Below are positions 1-7,859 of a stretch of DNA of 32,000 bases, one piece after another. How positions within the stretch are numbered: position 1 is the first letter of the stretch; each line of letters starts with the position of its first letter. This DNA comes from Alkanindiges sp. WGS2144. GTDB lineage: Bacteria; Pseudomonadota; Gammaproteobacteria; Pseudomonadales; Moraxellaceae. The position numbers and the translations under genes were made by a program. The notes beneath the pieces were generated by a model. It was not told the DNA's origin. It saw only the letters and a program-made list of their open reading frames with translations, and did no database searches. The stretch lies in assembly GCF_043950625.1 (NCBI RefSeq), contig NZ_CP171007.1; one strand, written 5' to 3'.

Positions 1-1301
1 GTTTCAAACTCCATTGCGCCACGCTCTTGACGCACCTTAAGCAGGGTTTGAAACAGCTGGAACAGCACATTAACCGATTTACGTACCGCAGCATTACCCG
101 GCAGCGCATCAGTTTGACCATGCAGGTAGGCAGCCACCTGCGTATAGGTCAGGCGTGCCTGAGAGTGCATCACAGCAGGGTAGAACTCATAACCAGTAAT
201 ACGACCCAGACGGGACAGTTTGATATCACATACCATGCACAGGCGATCAACCTGCGGCATTAGAGAGCATAAGCCATTGGAGAGTGCTTCTGGCAGCATG
301 GGAATGACATGATTGGGAAAATAGACCGAGGTACCACGTTCCTGAGCTTCATCGTCCAGTGCGCTGCCGGGGCGGACATAATGACTGACATCAGCAATAG
401 CCACCACCAGCCGATAGCCACCGCCCACGCGTTTTTCGGCATAGACGGCATCATCAAAATCACGAGCATCTTCACCATCAATAGTAACCAGTGGCAGGTC
501 GCGTAAATCCACCCGGTTCTGGTGCTCATTACCGGCAGGTTCTTTAAAACGGGTTGCTTCAGCCAGCGCGTCCGCACTAAATTCAAATGGTAAATCAAAA
601 TCCAGAATGGTTGCTGGGATGATCAATTGGCTGTCAGCCTTGTCAGCCAGATTGGCAATAATATGACCATTGGCAAATTCTTCACGACTGGGCCATTCAT
701 CAATGGCAATCTGGGTTGAATCGCCTGGCCTTAGGCCGGCATGCGCAATTTGTTCTGGTTCCAGTGCCACCGGCTGATGTGCGTTAGGCTGGGCAGGCTG
801 CACAAAGTATTCGCCTTCATGCTCAATTACCTTACCAATCAATTCTTTTTGCTGGCGCTCCAGCACCTCAACAATATAGCCGGTCATGCGACCCCGGCGG
901 TCGGTGCCATTTTGTCGTACCTTGACCAGGTCACCATTAAATACCAGACGCATCTCGCGTTCCGGCAGGAAAATGTCCATTTGGTCTTCCAGGACCACAA
1001 AACCAAAACCTTTGCTGTTGCTTTGTACCCGGCCAGTGAGCAGGTCTTCGTCGGTAATGACGCGGAACAAGGGCGGATAGCCTGAAGAGCGAGCCAGTTG
1101 TCCATCACGCACCATGGCAGCCAGCCGGCGGCTTAGGGCTTCAATGGCGTCTGGGTGTTCCAACTGATATTGTTCGACCAGTTCTGCATGGGAAAAGCCG
1201 TCTTTTTGTACGGCAATGGTTTGTTGAATTAAAGTTCTACTTGGAATAGGGGAGTCGTAACGTTTGGCTTCGCGCTCGGCATCTGGGTCTTGCCAGTTCA
1301 T
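1..1301 (-). CDS. rnr: Ribonuclease R, N-terminal ~433 codons; the 3' end runs off the window start
   Basis: Absent from the ORF track because it has no in-window stop. Manual minus-strand translation from the ATG (complement of 1299-1301) gives MNWQDPDAEREAKRYDSPIPSRTLIQQ..., a cold-shock-like GRVQSNSKGFGFVVLED segment, and the RNB-domain motif MLPEALSNGLCSLMPQVDRLCMVCD...ARLTYTQV...RQERGAMEFE near position 1. I checked the frame codon by codon over 1-300 and found no stops. Confidence 0.85.
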   Translation of the reverse strand, partial: MNWQDPDAEREAKRYDSPIPSRTLIQQTIAVQKDGFSHAELVEQYQLEHPDAIEALSRRLAAMVRDGQLARSSGYPPLFRVITDEDLLTGRVQSNSKGFGFVVLEDQMDIFLPEREMRLVFNGDLVKVRQNGTDRRGRMTGYIVEVLERQQKELIGKVIEHEGEYFVQPAQPNAHQPVALEPEQIAHAGLRPGDSTQIAIDEWPSREEFANGHIIANLADKADSQLIIPATILDFDLPFEFSADALAEATRFKEPAGNEHQNRVDLRDLPLVTIDGEDARDFDDAVYAEKRVGGGYRLVVAIADVSHYVRPGSALDDEAQERGTSVYFPNHVIPMLPEALSNGLCSLMPQVDRLCMVCDIKLSRLGRITGYEFYPAVMHSQARLTYTQVAAYLHGQTDALPGNAAVRKSVNVLFQLFQTLLKVRQERGAMEFE

Positions 1302-1487
1302 AGGTTCTCTTTTTTACTCTTTGGACATTAAAAATAGTTCACCTGTCTACCATACACTAAAATGCGGTTATTCATATGACAAGTGATCGTTTGTTGTATT
1401 AATACTTCACTTATATGGTGCATTAATGTACTAATGCAAGGGCACCAAAAATTTATGTTAATTGCCTAGACATTGAGCAATGCAGGC

Positions 1488-1516
1488 TTGACGCTGACAT
1501 AAAATATTTCTACTAT
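1488..1516 (+). promoter_or_regulatory. Sigma70-like promoter for tRNA-Leu
   Basis: TTGACG (1488-1493), a 17-nt spacer, then TACTAT (1511-1516), ending about 15 nt upstream of the tRNA 5' end. Confidence 0.5.
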
Positions 1517-1530
1517 AGCGCACCTAATAT

Positions 1531-1615
1531 GCGGATGTGGCGGAATTGGTAGACGCGCTAGTTTCAGGTATTAGTGTCGCAAGACGTGGAGGTTCAAGTC
1601 CTCTCATCCGCACCA
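1531..1615 (+). tRNA. tRNA-Leu (anticodon CAG), encoded CCA
   Basis: Hand-folded cloverleaf. The acceptor GCGGATG pairs with CATCCGC. The anticodon stem is CTAGT/ATTAG with loop TTCAGGT. It has a long variable arm, the T-arm GGAGGTTCAAGTCCTC, and a terminal CCA. Confidence 0.9.
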
Positions 1616-1653
1616 AATTTGATTACTTGCCATTTGAAAAGTGAGTGATCTTC

Positions 1654-1688
1654 AAAAAGCCTTGATGTGTGAGCATCAAGGCTTTTTT
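1654..1688. terminator. Bidirectional rho-independent terminator between tRNA-Leu and the convergent DUF202 gene
   Basis: AAAAAGCCTTGATG-tgtgag-CATCAAGGCTTTTT forms a perfect stem flanked by an A-run and a T-run. Confidence 0.75.
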
Positions 1689-1723
1689 ATTATTGTTTAT
1701 TACTGCTAATATTTCTAAACCTG

Positions 1724-2086
1724 TTAAATGACAAAAGAAATCATCAGCAATAGTCCGGTAAATACGGTAAACAAGCTAAGCACAATGGGCTGATTGACTG
1801 AGTAACCTTCTATAAACTCTGCGGCGGTGAGTGACCTTAAGGCAATGTTATATTGATAAATAGACCACAAGCTAATAATCAGGCCAAAACTGACAACCAC
1901 CAGCCCCAGCCCAAAATTAAAAGCAAGTTTATTGGCGTATTTATCCGGCTCAATGAGCCTTACCAGAAAATTTGATTTTTCAATTAAAAAACCAAAAGCA
2001 ATTAATGCAATGCTGCTGCGATTCCAGGCCAGCAAGGTGCGCTCCAGTGCCAGTAAAACCCGTGGATCCTGCAAATTAGACATCAT
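1724..2086 (-). CDS. DUF202 (YidH-like) small inner-membrane protein
   Basis: 120-aa ORF with the LALERTLLAWNRSSIALIAFGF motif typical of DUF202 and three hydrophobic segments. It starts 11 nt downstream of the MBL gene on the same strand. Confidence 0.7.
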   Translation of the reverse strand: MMSNLQDPRVLLALERTLLAWNRSSIALIAFGFLIEKSNFLVRLIEPDKYANKLAFNFGLGLVVVSFGLIISLWSIYQYNIALRSLTAAEFIEGYSVNQPIVLSLFTVFTGLLLMISFVI

Positions 2087-2096
2087 TACCTCTTGA

Positions 2097-2975
2097 TTAT
2101 GAGACTTTAAAATAATTAAGCGGCAGCTTCAGGTAACGCTGGCCGTTAGCTTCAGGCTCAGGAAGCTTGCCAGCATTCATGTTGATTTGAATAGCCGGTA
2201 AAATCAGCTTAGGCATGGCAAGTGTGGCATCACGCTGTTCACGCAGATGCACAAAATCCTGTCGCGCGGTCTGTGCATTTAAGTGAATATTATGCCGCTT
2301 TTGTTCGGTGATGCTGCTTAGGCAATGATATTCACTACGTCCGGTTGGCTTATAGTCATGACACAGATATACCCGCGTTTCATCGGGTAATTGATACAAC
2401 GCCTTTACCGAATCATACAGCATGCTGGCGCTGCCATTGGGGAAGTCACAGCGAGCGGTGCCGTAATCGGGCATAAACAGCGTATCACCCACAAAAACCG
2501 CATCGCCAATGACATAGCTCAGGCAAGCTGGCGTGTGACCCGGGGTGGGAATATTATAAGCCTGCAAGCTGCCAATCATAAACTGCTCATGGTCTTCAAA
2601 TAGATAGTCAAAAGCCTGATCCAGATTAAACCTCTTGGCATCAATATGATAAATGGCACTAAAGGTGCGTTGTACCTGAGCAATCTTGTGGCTCATGGCA
2701 ATTTTGCCGCCCAGTTTAGATTTTAAATACTGTGACGCTGTTAAGTGATCGGCATGCACATGGGTTTCTAAAATCCACTCCACCTGCAAATGGTGATTGT
2801 TGACAAAATCCACAATTAGGTCGGCGTGTTGAGTAGAAGTGCTGGCAGAAGCTGCGTCATAATCCAGAACGCTGTCAATAATGGCACACTGCCGTGTGGC
2901 CTCATCAATCACCACATAGCTAAAGGTATTGGTATTGTCATCAAAAAAGTCTTTGACTGTTGGAGAATATATCAT
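2097..2975 (-). CDS. MBL-fold metallo-hydrolase, Blh/PDO2-like putative persulfide dioxygenase
   Basis: Contains the THVHADH metal motif, a later HTPG and a CHDY motif. The start is trimmed to MIYSPTVKDFF (ATG at complement of 2973-2975), because the 52 extra codons in the track ORF overlap the upstream gene. That gene's stop lies at 2977-2979. Confidence 0.8.
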   Translation of the reverse strand: MIYSPTVKDFFDDNTNTFSYVVIDEATRQCAIIDSVLDYDAASASTSTQHADLIVDFVNNHHLQVEWILETHVHADHLTASQYLKSKLGGKIAMSHKIAQVQRTFSAIYHIDAKRFNLDQAFDYLFEDHEQFMIGSLQAYNIPTPGHTPACLSYVIGDAVFVGDTLFMPDYGTARCDFPNGSASMLYDSVKALYQLPDETRVYLCHDYKPTGRSEYHCLSSITEQKRHNIHLNAQTARQDFVHLREQRDATLAMPKLILPAIQINMNAGKLPEPEANGQRYLKLPLNYFKVS

Positions 2976-2976
2976 A

Positions 2977-3390
2977 TTAGCGTGCTCCCAGAGTTCGGCG
3001 ATAAAGGTACATGCCAGCCAGCATGGCAACAATAAAATACAGAGCTTCCAGATGACCAAGACCAAGCAGGGCAAGGGCAGGCGCTGGACAAATACCGGCG
3101 ATACCCCAGCCCACACCAAAAACAAATGCACCTAGTACAAGCTGGCGGTCAACTGTTTGCAAGGCAGGTAACTGGAGTCGGGCTTTTAGCCAGCTACCCG
3201 GATTGCGGCGAGCATAATGAAATGGCCAAACGGCGACTCCAATTGCACCCAACATGACCAAGGCCAGACTGGGATCCCAGTGACCTGCCAGATCAAGAAA
3301 ATTGAGGACTTTTTGTGGATTGGCCATACCAGAGATAAGCAGGCCAATGGCAAACAGACTACCCAGTAAAAATGCGATCAGATGTTTCAT
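2977..3390 (-). CDS. YeeE/YedE-family sulfur-compound transporter half-protein (second copy)
   Basis: 137-aa polytopic membrane ORF. MKHLIAFLLGSLFAIGLLISGMANPQKVLNFLD is typical of the short YeeE/YedE-like (DUF395-type) proteins encoded beside persulfide dioxygenases. Confidence 0.7.
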   Translation of the reverse strand: MKHLIAFLLGSLFAIGLLISGMANPQKVLNFLDLAGHWDPSLALVMLGAIGVAVWPFHYARRNPGSWLKARLQLPALQTVDRQLVLGAFVFGVGWGIAGICPAPALALLGLGHLEALYFIVAMLAGMYLYRRTLGAR

Positions 3391-3405
3391 GACATCAGCC
3401 TTCCG

Positions 3406-3822
3406 TTACAGGCCAAACACATGGCGAGCCAGATATACCGTAATAAACCCTGCCAGCATAAAGCTTAAGGTGGCGGCAATAGAACGTGGAGACCAGCGAC
3501 TAATGCCACAAATACCGTGACCACTGGTGCAGCCAGAGCCCATTTGGGTGCCAAAACCAACCAGAAGGCCTGCAATCATCAATACCAGAGGACTACTGTG
3601 GATGATAATTTCAGGCTGAAAAAACAGTTGATAAAAAATAGGGATAATTACTAATCCACCCAGAAACCAGATTGCCGGGCTGTTAATATTGGCTTTTACA
3701 TTAAATAGCTGAGCCACCATGCCGCTAACGCCAGCAACCCGCCCATACACCAGTAAATAGCCGGATACCGCAATGCCCAGTACCAGACCGCCGATTAAAG
3801 CCAACGTAAAACCATGCATCAT
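3406..3822 (-). CDS. YeeE/YedE-family sulfur-compound transporter half-protein (first copy)
   Basis: 138-aa membrane ORF with the conserved GSGCTSGHGICG cysteine motif of the YeeE/YedE family. Confidence 0.75.
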   Translation of the reverse strand: MMHGFTLALIGGLVLGIAVSGYLLVYGRVAGVSGMVAQLFNVKANINSPAIWFLGGLVIIPIFYQLFFQPEIIIHSSPLVLMIAGLLVGFGTQMGSGCTSGHGICGISRWSPRSIAATLSFMLAGFITVYLARHVFGL

Positions 3823-3839
3823 AAGAACCTGACAATATC

Positions 3840-3873
3840 TTTTAATATTATATAAAATAATATAATATTAAAA
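3840..3873. promoter_or_regulatory. Perfect inverted repeat; candidate BigR/ArsR operator in the divergent promoter region
   Basis: TTTTAATATTATAT (3840-3853), a 6-nt spacer, then ATATAATATTAAAA (3860-3873). The 14-bp arms match perfectly. It lies in the 93-bp gap between the transporter gene start (3822) and the regulator start (3916). Confidence 0.6.
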
Positions 3874-3915
3874 CAAGTAATATTCAAGCCTGATCAATTA
3901 ACGGGAGGCAAAGAT

Positions 3916-4221
3916 ATGCAAGGTGCAAAAGAACTGATTAAGCTGCGTGAACGTGCAGGCGAGGTATCCAGTTTTTTAAAGTTACTGGCCAATCAGGATC
4001 GCTTGCTTATTTTGTGTTATCTGGCCCAACAGGAGCTCAATGTCAGTGAAATACAACACAGCACCCATATCACGCAGCCCACACTCTCCCAGCAGTTGAC
4101 TATTTTACGCAATGCCAATGTGGTAGTAACCCGGCGTGACGGCAAGCAGATTTATTATTCTATTGATGATCAACGCCTTATTGAGCTGATGCAAACTTTA
4201 TACAAGCTGTACTGTCAGTAA
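3916..4221 (+). CDS. bigR: ArsR/SmtB-family winged-helix repressor, BigR-like persulfide sensor
   Basis: 101 aa with the helix-turn-helix VSEIQHSTHITQPTLSQQLTILRNANVV and two Cys residues (in LILCYL and near the C-terminus in LYCQ). That is the Cys placement expected for BigR-type thiol sensors. It is divergent from the YeeE/YedE-MBL operon. Confidence 0.75.
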   Translation: MQGAKELIKLRERAGEVSSFLKLLANQDRLLILCYLAQQELNVSEIQHSTHITQPTLSQQLTILRNANVVVTRRDGKQIYYSIDDQRLIELMQTLYKLYCQ

Positions 4222-4482
4222 GCTATAGGGCGGCGGTTTTGTAAAACAAAAAAGAGGTTCTAAGCCAGCTATTTACAGTCAGCTGGTACGTAGCAGGTTA
4301 ATCACCAGAAAATTGAATGGTGGACGAGCAGGTCGTGGCTTAAATTATTTACTTTTTGTCTATTGAAAATTGAGTATAAAGTAAAAAAGGGGGTAATATA
4401 TGAGCGGGTTTAGAGTAAAAACTCAATTACTCTATGTTGATAGGACATGCAGTGATTGCATGAATAAGCAGGAGAGACAAAA

Positions 4483-4725
4483 ATGATAACTAAGCAGCTT
4501 TTAGGCGCAGTGCTGGGTATAACACTAAGCCTGAGCTTGGCCGGATGTAACAAAACGCCTGAAACATCACATCCCGCTAATGCGGGTGCTATTGAAGTGG
4601 CTCAGGACACCAACCATAAGAGCGAGAATGACTTGTACATTGAGCGTCTTAATCAGGATGTCACAGTGGAAAATCCGGACGCATTACTGGATTCCATCAA
4701 TAGTGAAACCACATCAACACATTGA
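4483..4725 (+). CDS. Small hypothetical lipoprotein
   Basis: 80-aa ORF with signal peptide and lipobox LSLAGC, preceded by the RBS GGAGAG. Confidence 0.55.
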   Translation: MITKQLLGAVLGITLSLSLAGCNKTPETSHPANAGAIEVAQDTNHKSENDLYIERLNQDVTVENPDALLDSINSETTSTH

Positions 4726-4823
4726 TAATTGAGTTTTGTGTGAAATTTAACCGCACTCTGTCGTTTTTTATGCATAAAACTTTAAAATGCGGTGAGGGCG
4801 GTCGAATATTAGTCAATTAGTAC

Positions 4824-4852
4824 TTGCTGATTGGCAATGCATTTTGTAAGAT
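4824..4852 (+). promoter_or_regulatory. Sigma70-like promoter for tRNA-Ser
   Basis: TTGCTG (4824-4829), a 17-nt spacer, then TAAGAT (4847-4852), about 14 nt upstream of the tRNA. Confidence 0.45.
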
Positions 4853-4866
4853 GGCGTCCTCGTTGC

Positions 4867-4957
4867 GGTGAGATGGGTGAGTGGCTGAAACCACGTCCCT
4901 GCTAAGGACGCATACCTGTTATGGGTATCGAGGGTTCGAATCCCTCTCTCACCGCCA
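4867..4957 (+). tRNA. tRNA-Ser (anticodon GCU), encoded CCA
   Basis: The acceptor GGTGAGA pairs with TCTCACC. The anticodon arm is CGTCC-CTGCTAA-GGACG. It has a long variable arm with ATACC/GGTAT and the T-arm GAGGGTTCGAATCCCTC. Confidence 0.9.
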
Positions 4958-5025
4958 CTTGTTTTAGCAGCTTTAGGCTTGGCGTTTAATAAATCATCAA
5001 GTGTTTTAATGCAGTAAAAAACAGG

Positions 5026-5054
5026 TTGACGAGGTGCACATTCTACCTTAGAAT
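5026..5054 (+). promoter_or_regulatory. Sigma70-like promoter for tRNA-Arg
   Basis: TTGACG (5026-5031), a 17-nt spacer, then TAGAAT (5049-5054). Confidence 0.55.
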
Positions 5055-5071
5055 GCGCGACACAAAACGAC

Positions 5072-5148
5072 GCGCCCATAGCTCAGCTGGATAGAGCACC
5101 AGGCTACGAACTTGGGGGTCGGGAGTTCGAATCTCTCTGGGCGCGCCA
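5072..5148 (+). tRNA. tRNA-Arg (anticodon ACG), encoded CCA
   Basis: The acceptor GCGCCCA pairs with TGGGCGC. It has the D-arm AGCTCAGCTGGATAGAGC, the anticodon arm CCAGG-CTACGAA-CTTGG, and the T-arm GGGAGTTCGAATCTCTC. Confidence 0.9.
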
Positions 5149-5453
5149 TTTATCCTTTTCGGGATAAAGTCCTGTCTATTCAAAATAATTTATTTATATC
5201 TCTCTTTGCTTTTAAGCTTAATTATTTTTTAACTGCGATGTCTCGCTAATTTTAGCTGCTTTCATTCCATTGTTTGCCTGATCAGTTTACATATAAGCCT
5301 TCTAGCAGTGTTGATCTTATCGTACAGTTGTTTTTAACCTCAATCAGAGACTTATTTTAATAAAATAATTGAGTTCATCCATTATGCGGCTACAGCTTTT
5401 GCATCAAAGCTTGGGTATGATTGACTTATAAATAAAGGATTAAAGACAGGTTT

Positions 5454-6827
5454 ATGGCAACGATGAATAAGAATTTTGCGTTGGCTAGTGCATTGGCAGT
5501 CATTGCTGCAAGCTGGGCAGGGACGACCTGGTATAGTAGTCAGCATATTGAAGGACATTATCAGCAGACGATTGAACGGTTTAATCGTCATACCTTAAGC
5601 CCAGTTACATTGAAGCTTACTTCATTTAAGCGCGGCTTTTTGCATAGCCGGGCTAACTGGGAAGTCAACCTTACGCTTGACCCCTGCCAGCCTAACAACA
5701 GTATGGTGCTAACAGGCTACGATGAAATTACGCATGGGTTTATTCCATCGCTTGGATGGGCAAGTATTCATAGCCATATTATCTGGCCGGATGTTGTAGA
5801 AACACCACTTAAACAGGTGTTTGCCAGTAAGGAGCCTTTAAGTATCCGGTCACGGGTTAACTTCCTGGGCAACCTGCGTACTCATATTAGCAGTCCGGCA
5901 TTTAACTGGCAGAATGAGTTGATGCAGGTTAACTGGAAGGGTCTACAGGGCAGTATTAATTTTTCCGAAAATAATGAACAGCTCAGTTTTAAGGTTCAGG
6001 TACCCGGGCTGACTGTGCAGGCTAAAAATTCCAATACCCAGCAATTAGTATTAAGTGATCTACGCTATCAGGGCAGTCAGCGGGTTGAGCAGTCATTGTT
6101 GCCTTTAGGAAAGACCGAGTTTTTAATTAAAAACATACAAGTTGGTTCGCAAAATAACCTGTGGCGCTTTAAAAACGTACTTCTTGGCAGTAAAAACCAG
6201 CTCAATCGCGGTATGCTCAGCGCTAACATGAATTACCAGATTGATAACATTGATTTTAATCAGCAATCGGTAGGAAATTTTCAGGCGAATGTGGTGCTTG
6301 AACACCTCAGTGAGCAAGCTGTGCAGGAGGCGTATCAGCGTATTGGCCTGTTACAGCGTCAATGCAATCCGCCAACACAGGCCATACTTCAGGCATTTGC
6401 ACCGATTTTCAAGCAAGGTTTTCAACTCAGGCTGAATCAGGCAGAGCTACAATTGTTTAAGGGCAGTGCACAAGCCAACGCATTGGTGCTATTGCCTGCA
6501 ATGTCCCAGCCGGAACAGCAAAGTGTGGAACAAATTTTAAACCAGATGAGTGCCAGCGGTCGCCTGCAAGTATCCGAGCAACTCATTAAAGGGGTGTTTG
6601 AGCATATAAGCCAGCAAAAAGGCGAAGCCATGAGCCCGGCAGAGGCTGAACAGATGCTAAGAATGATCACGCAGAATATGCTGGAACAAGGCTATCTGAC
6701 TAAAACAGCCACGGGTTATCAATTATCTTTTGCCTTGAATCAGGGGCAGGCTAGCGTTAACGGCCAGCCGTTGCATCGCGAGTCGCTCGGAAGCTCGGCG
6801 TTTAATCCAGAGCGGCAGGGGCAGTAA
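5454..6827 (+). CDS. DUF945 / YdgA-family protein
   Basis: 457 aa. The N-terminal anchor ALASALAVIAASWAGTTWYSSQHIEGHYQQTIERFN parallels the E. coli YdgA N-terminus (..WTGGAWYTGKKIE..). Length and Q/N-rich composition also fit. Confidence 0.7.
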   Translation: MATMNKNFALASALAVIAASWAGTTWYSSQHIEGHYQQTIERFNRHTLSPVTLKLTSFKRGFLHSRANWEVNLTLDPCQPNNSMVLTGYDEITHGFIPSLGWASIHSHIIWPDVVETPLKQVFASKEPLSIRSRVNFLGNLRTHISSPAFNWQNELMQVNWKGLQGSINFSENNEQLSFKVQVPGLTVQAKNSNTQQLVLSDLRYQGSQRVEQSLLPLGKTEFLIKNIQVGSQNNLWRFKNVLLGSKNQLNRGMLSANMNYQIDNIDFNQQSVGNFQANVVLEHLSEQAVQEAYQRIGLLQRQCNPPTQAILQAFAPIFKQGFQLRLNQAELQLFKGSAQANALVLLPAMSQPEQQSVEQILNQMSASGRLQVSEQLIKGVFEHISQQKGEAMSPAEAEQMLRMITQNMLEQGYLTKTATGYQLSFALNQGQASVNGQPLHRESLGSSAFNPERQGQ

Positions 6828-6838
6828 GCGCTGGCATT

Positions 6839-6870
6839 AAAAAAAGCTCAGGACTGGCCTGAGTTTTTAT
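6839..6870. terminator. Bidirectional terminator between the convergent DUF945 gene and hslO
   Basis: An A-run, the hairpin CTCAGG-actgg-CCTGAG, then TTTTTATTTT. Confidence 0.65.
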
Positions 6871-6890
6871 TTTGATGATCAATGAGCTGT

Positions 6891-7763
6891 CTAGCTGACA
6901 TGTATGCCAAATAAGCCCAAAGCCTGTTCAGGCCCAAAGCGGTACTGGGCATTACAAAATTGGCAGTCCATGGTAATCTCATTTTGTTCAGTCAGGATCT
7001 CCTGCACTGTTTCCTGTCCTACCTGTAACAGGGCTTGTTCACAGCGCTCCCGTGAGCAGGTACAGCCAAATGCTAATGTGTCAGCATCAGGCAGGCGCAC
7101 GTCTTCTTCATTATACAGCCGGTACAGGATTTCCTGTGCAGGCAGGTAAATTAACTCATCAGGCTGTAGGGTGCTGGTCAGCATACTAAGACGCGGCCAT
7201 AAATCGTCATCGACCTGACTTTGTTCTTCATCGTTACGCGGCAAGAGTTGAATGAGCAAGCCACCCGCCTGTTTACCATCACAGGCCAGCGCCAAACGGG
7301 TAGGAATCTGTGCTGACAAATCATAATACTGGGTCAGGCAGCCTGCCAGACTAGAGGCTTCTAGCGGTACAATGCCCTGATAGCGCTCGCCTTGTTCAGG
7401 TTCAATATTAATAAACAATACCCCATCTTTTAGGGTAGACAGTGCCACATCACCATTTTCTGCCTGCTGTAATACCGGGTCATCCTGCCATTCGGCCAGC
7501 GCCCGCAGTTCGCCCTTGTGACTACATTCGGCCATAGCCCATTTTAATGGACCTGTACCCTGAATTTGCAAGCTTAAACGGCCTTTTATCTTTAGTGTGC
7601 TCGCCAGCAATGCGCTACCGGCCAGTAATTCCCCCAGCAGTAATTGAATGGCCTGTGGGTAGTCGCGCTGTTTGAGGATGGTTTGCATGGCCTCATCCAG
7701 ATGTACCACTTCGCCCCGAACCGGACTATGTTCAATAAAAAAGCGTTGACGAATATCAGACAT
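6891..7763 (-). CDS. hslO: Hsp33 redox-regulated chaperone
   Basis: Aligns along its length with E. coli Hsp33 as I recall it (VRGEVV, GERYQGIVPLE). The C-terminal zinc centre is CTCSRERC ... CQFCNAQYRF. The start is set at MSDIRQ because GGAGA lies 8 nt upstream; the track's GTG at 7778 falls on that RBS. Confidence 0.9.
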   Translation of the reverse strand: MSDIRQRFFIEHSPVRGEVVHLDEAMQTILKQRDYPQAIQLLLGELLAGSALLASTLKIKGRLSLQIQGTGPLKWAMAECSHKGELRALAEWQDDPVLQQAENGDVALSTLKDGVLFINIEPEQGERYQGIVPLEASSLAGCLTQYYDLSAQIPTRLALACDGKQAGGLLIQLLPRNDEEQSQVDDDLWPRLSMLTSTLQPDELIYLPAQEILYRLYNEEDVRLPDADTLAFGCTCSRERCEQALLQVGQETVQEILTEQNEITMDCQFCNAQYRFGPEQALGLFGIHVS

Positions 7764-7859
7764 AAAAAATTTCTCCACTTGAAGGCTTAAATGGAGCTTG
7801 GGGCTTAAAAATCAAGTAAACAGGACAAACCATGCTCCAAACAGTGATTTAAATAAACA

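Noticed and set aside
27..1108. Several 60-114-aa ORFs on both strands in the first 1.1 kb
   Set aside because: All lie inside the continuous minus-strand RNase R frame, which has clear RNB-domain motifs. They are overlapping or antisense artefacts.
2976..3131. N-terminal 52-codon extension of the MBL-hydrolase ORF (track ORF 2097..3131)
   Set aside because: The extension overlaps the 3' end of the upstream YeeE/YedE gene in another frame and encodes a low-complexity hydrophobic sequence. The conserved MBL N-terminus begins at MIYSPTVKDFF (start at 2975), one nucleotide after the upstream gene's stop.
4813..5079. 88-aa minus-strand ORF
   Set aside because: It lies antisense across tRNA-Ser and the tRNA-Arg promoter, so it is explained by the tRNA genes.
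5149..5453. AT-rich 300-bp stretch after tRNA-Arg as a possible genomic-island integration site
   Set aside because: There is no integrase and no direct repeat of the tRNA 3' end, and the flanking genes are ordinary. I saw nothing to support an island boundary.
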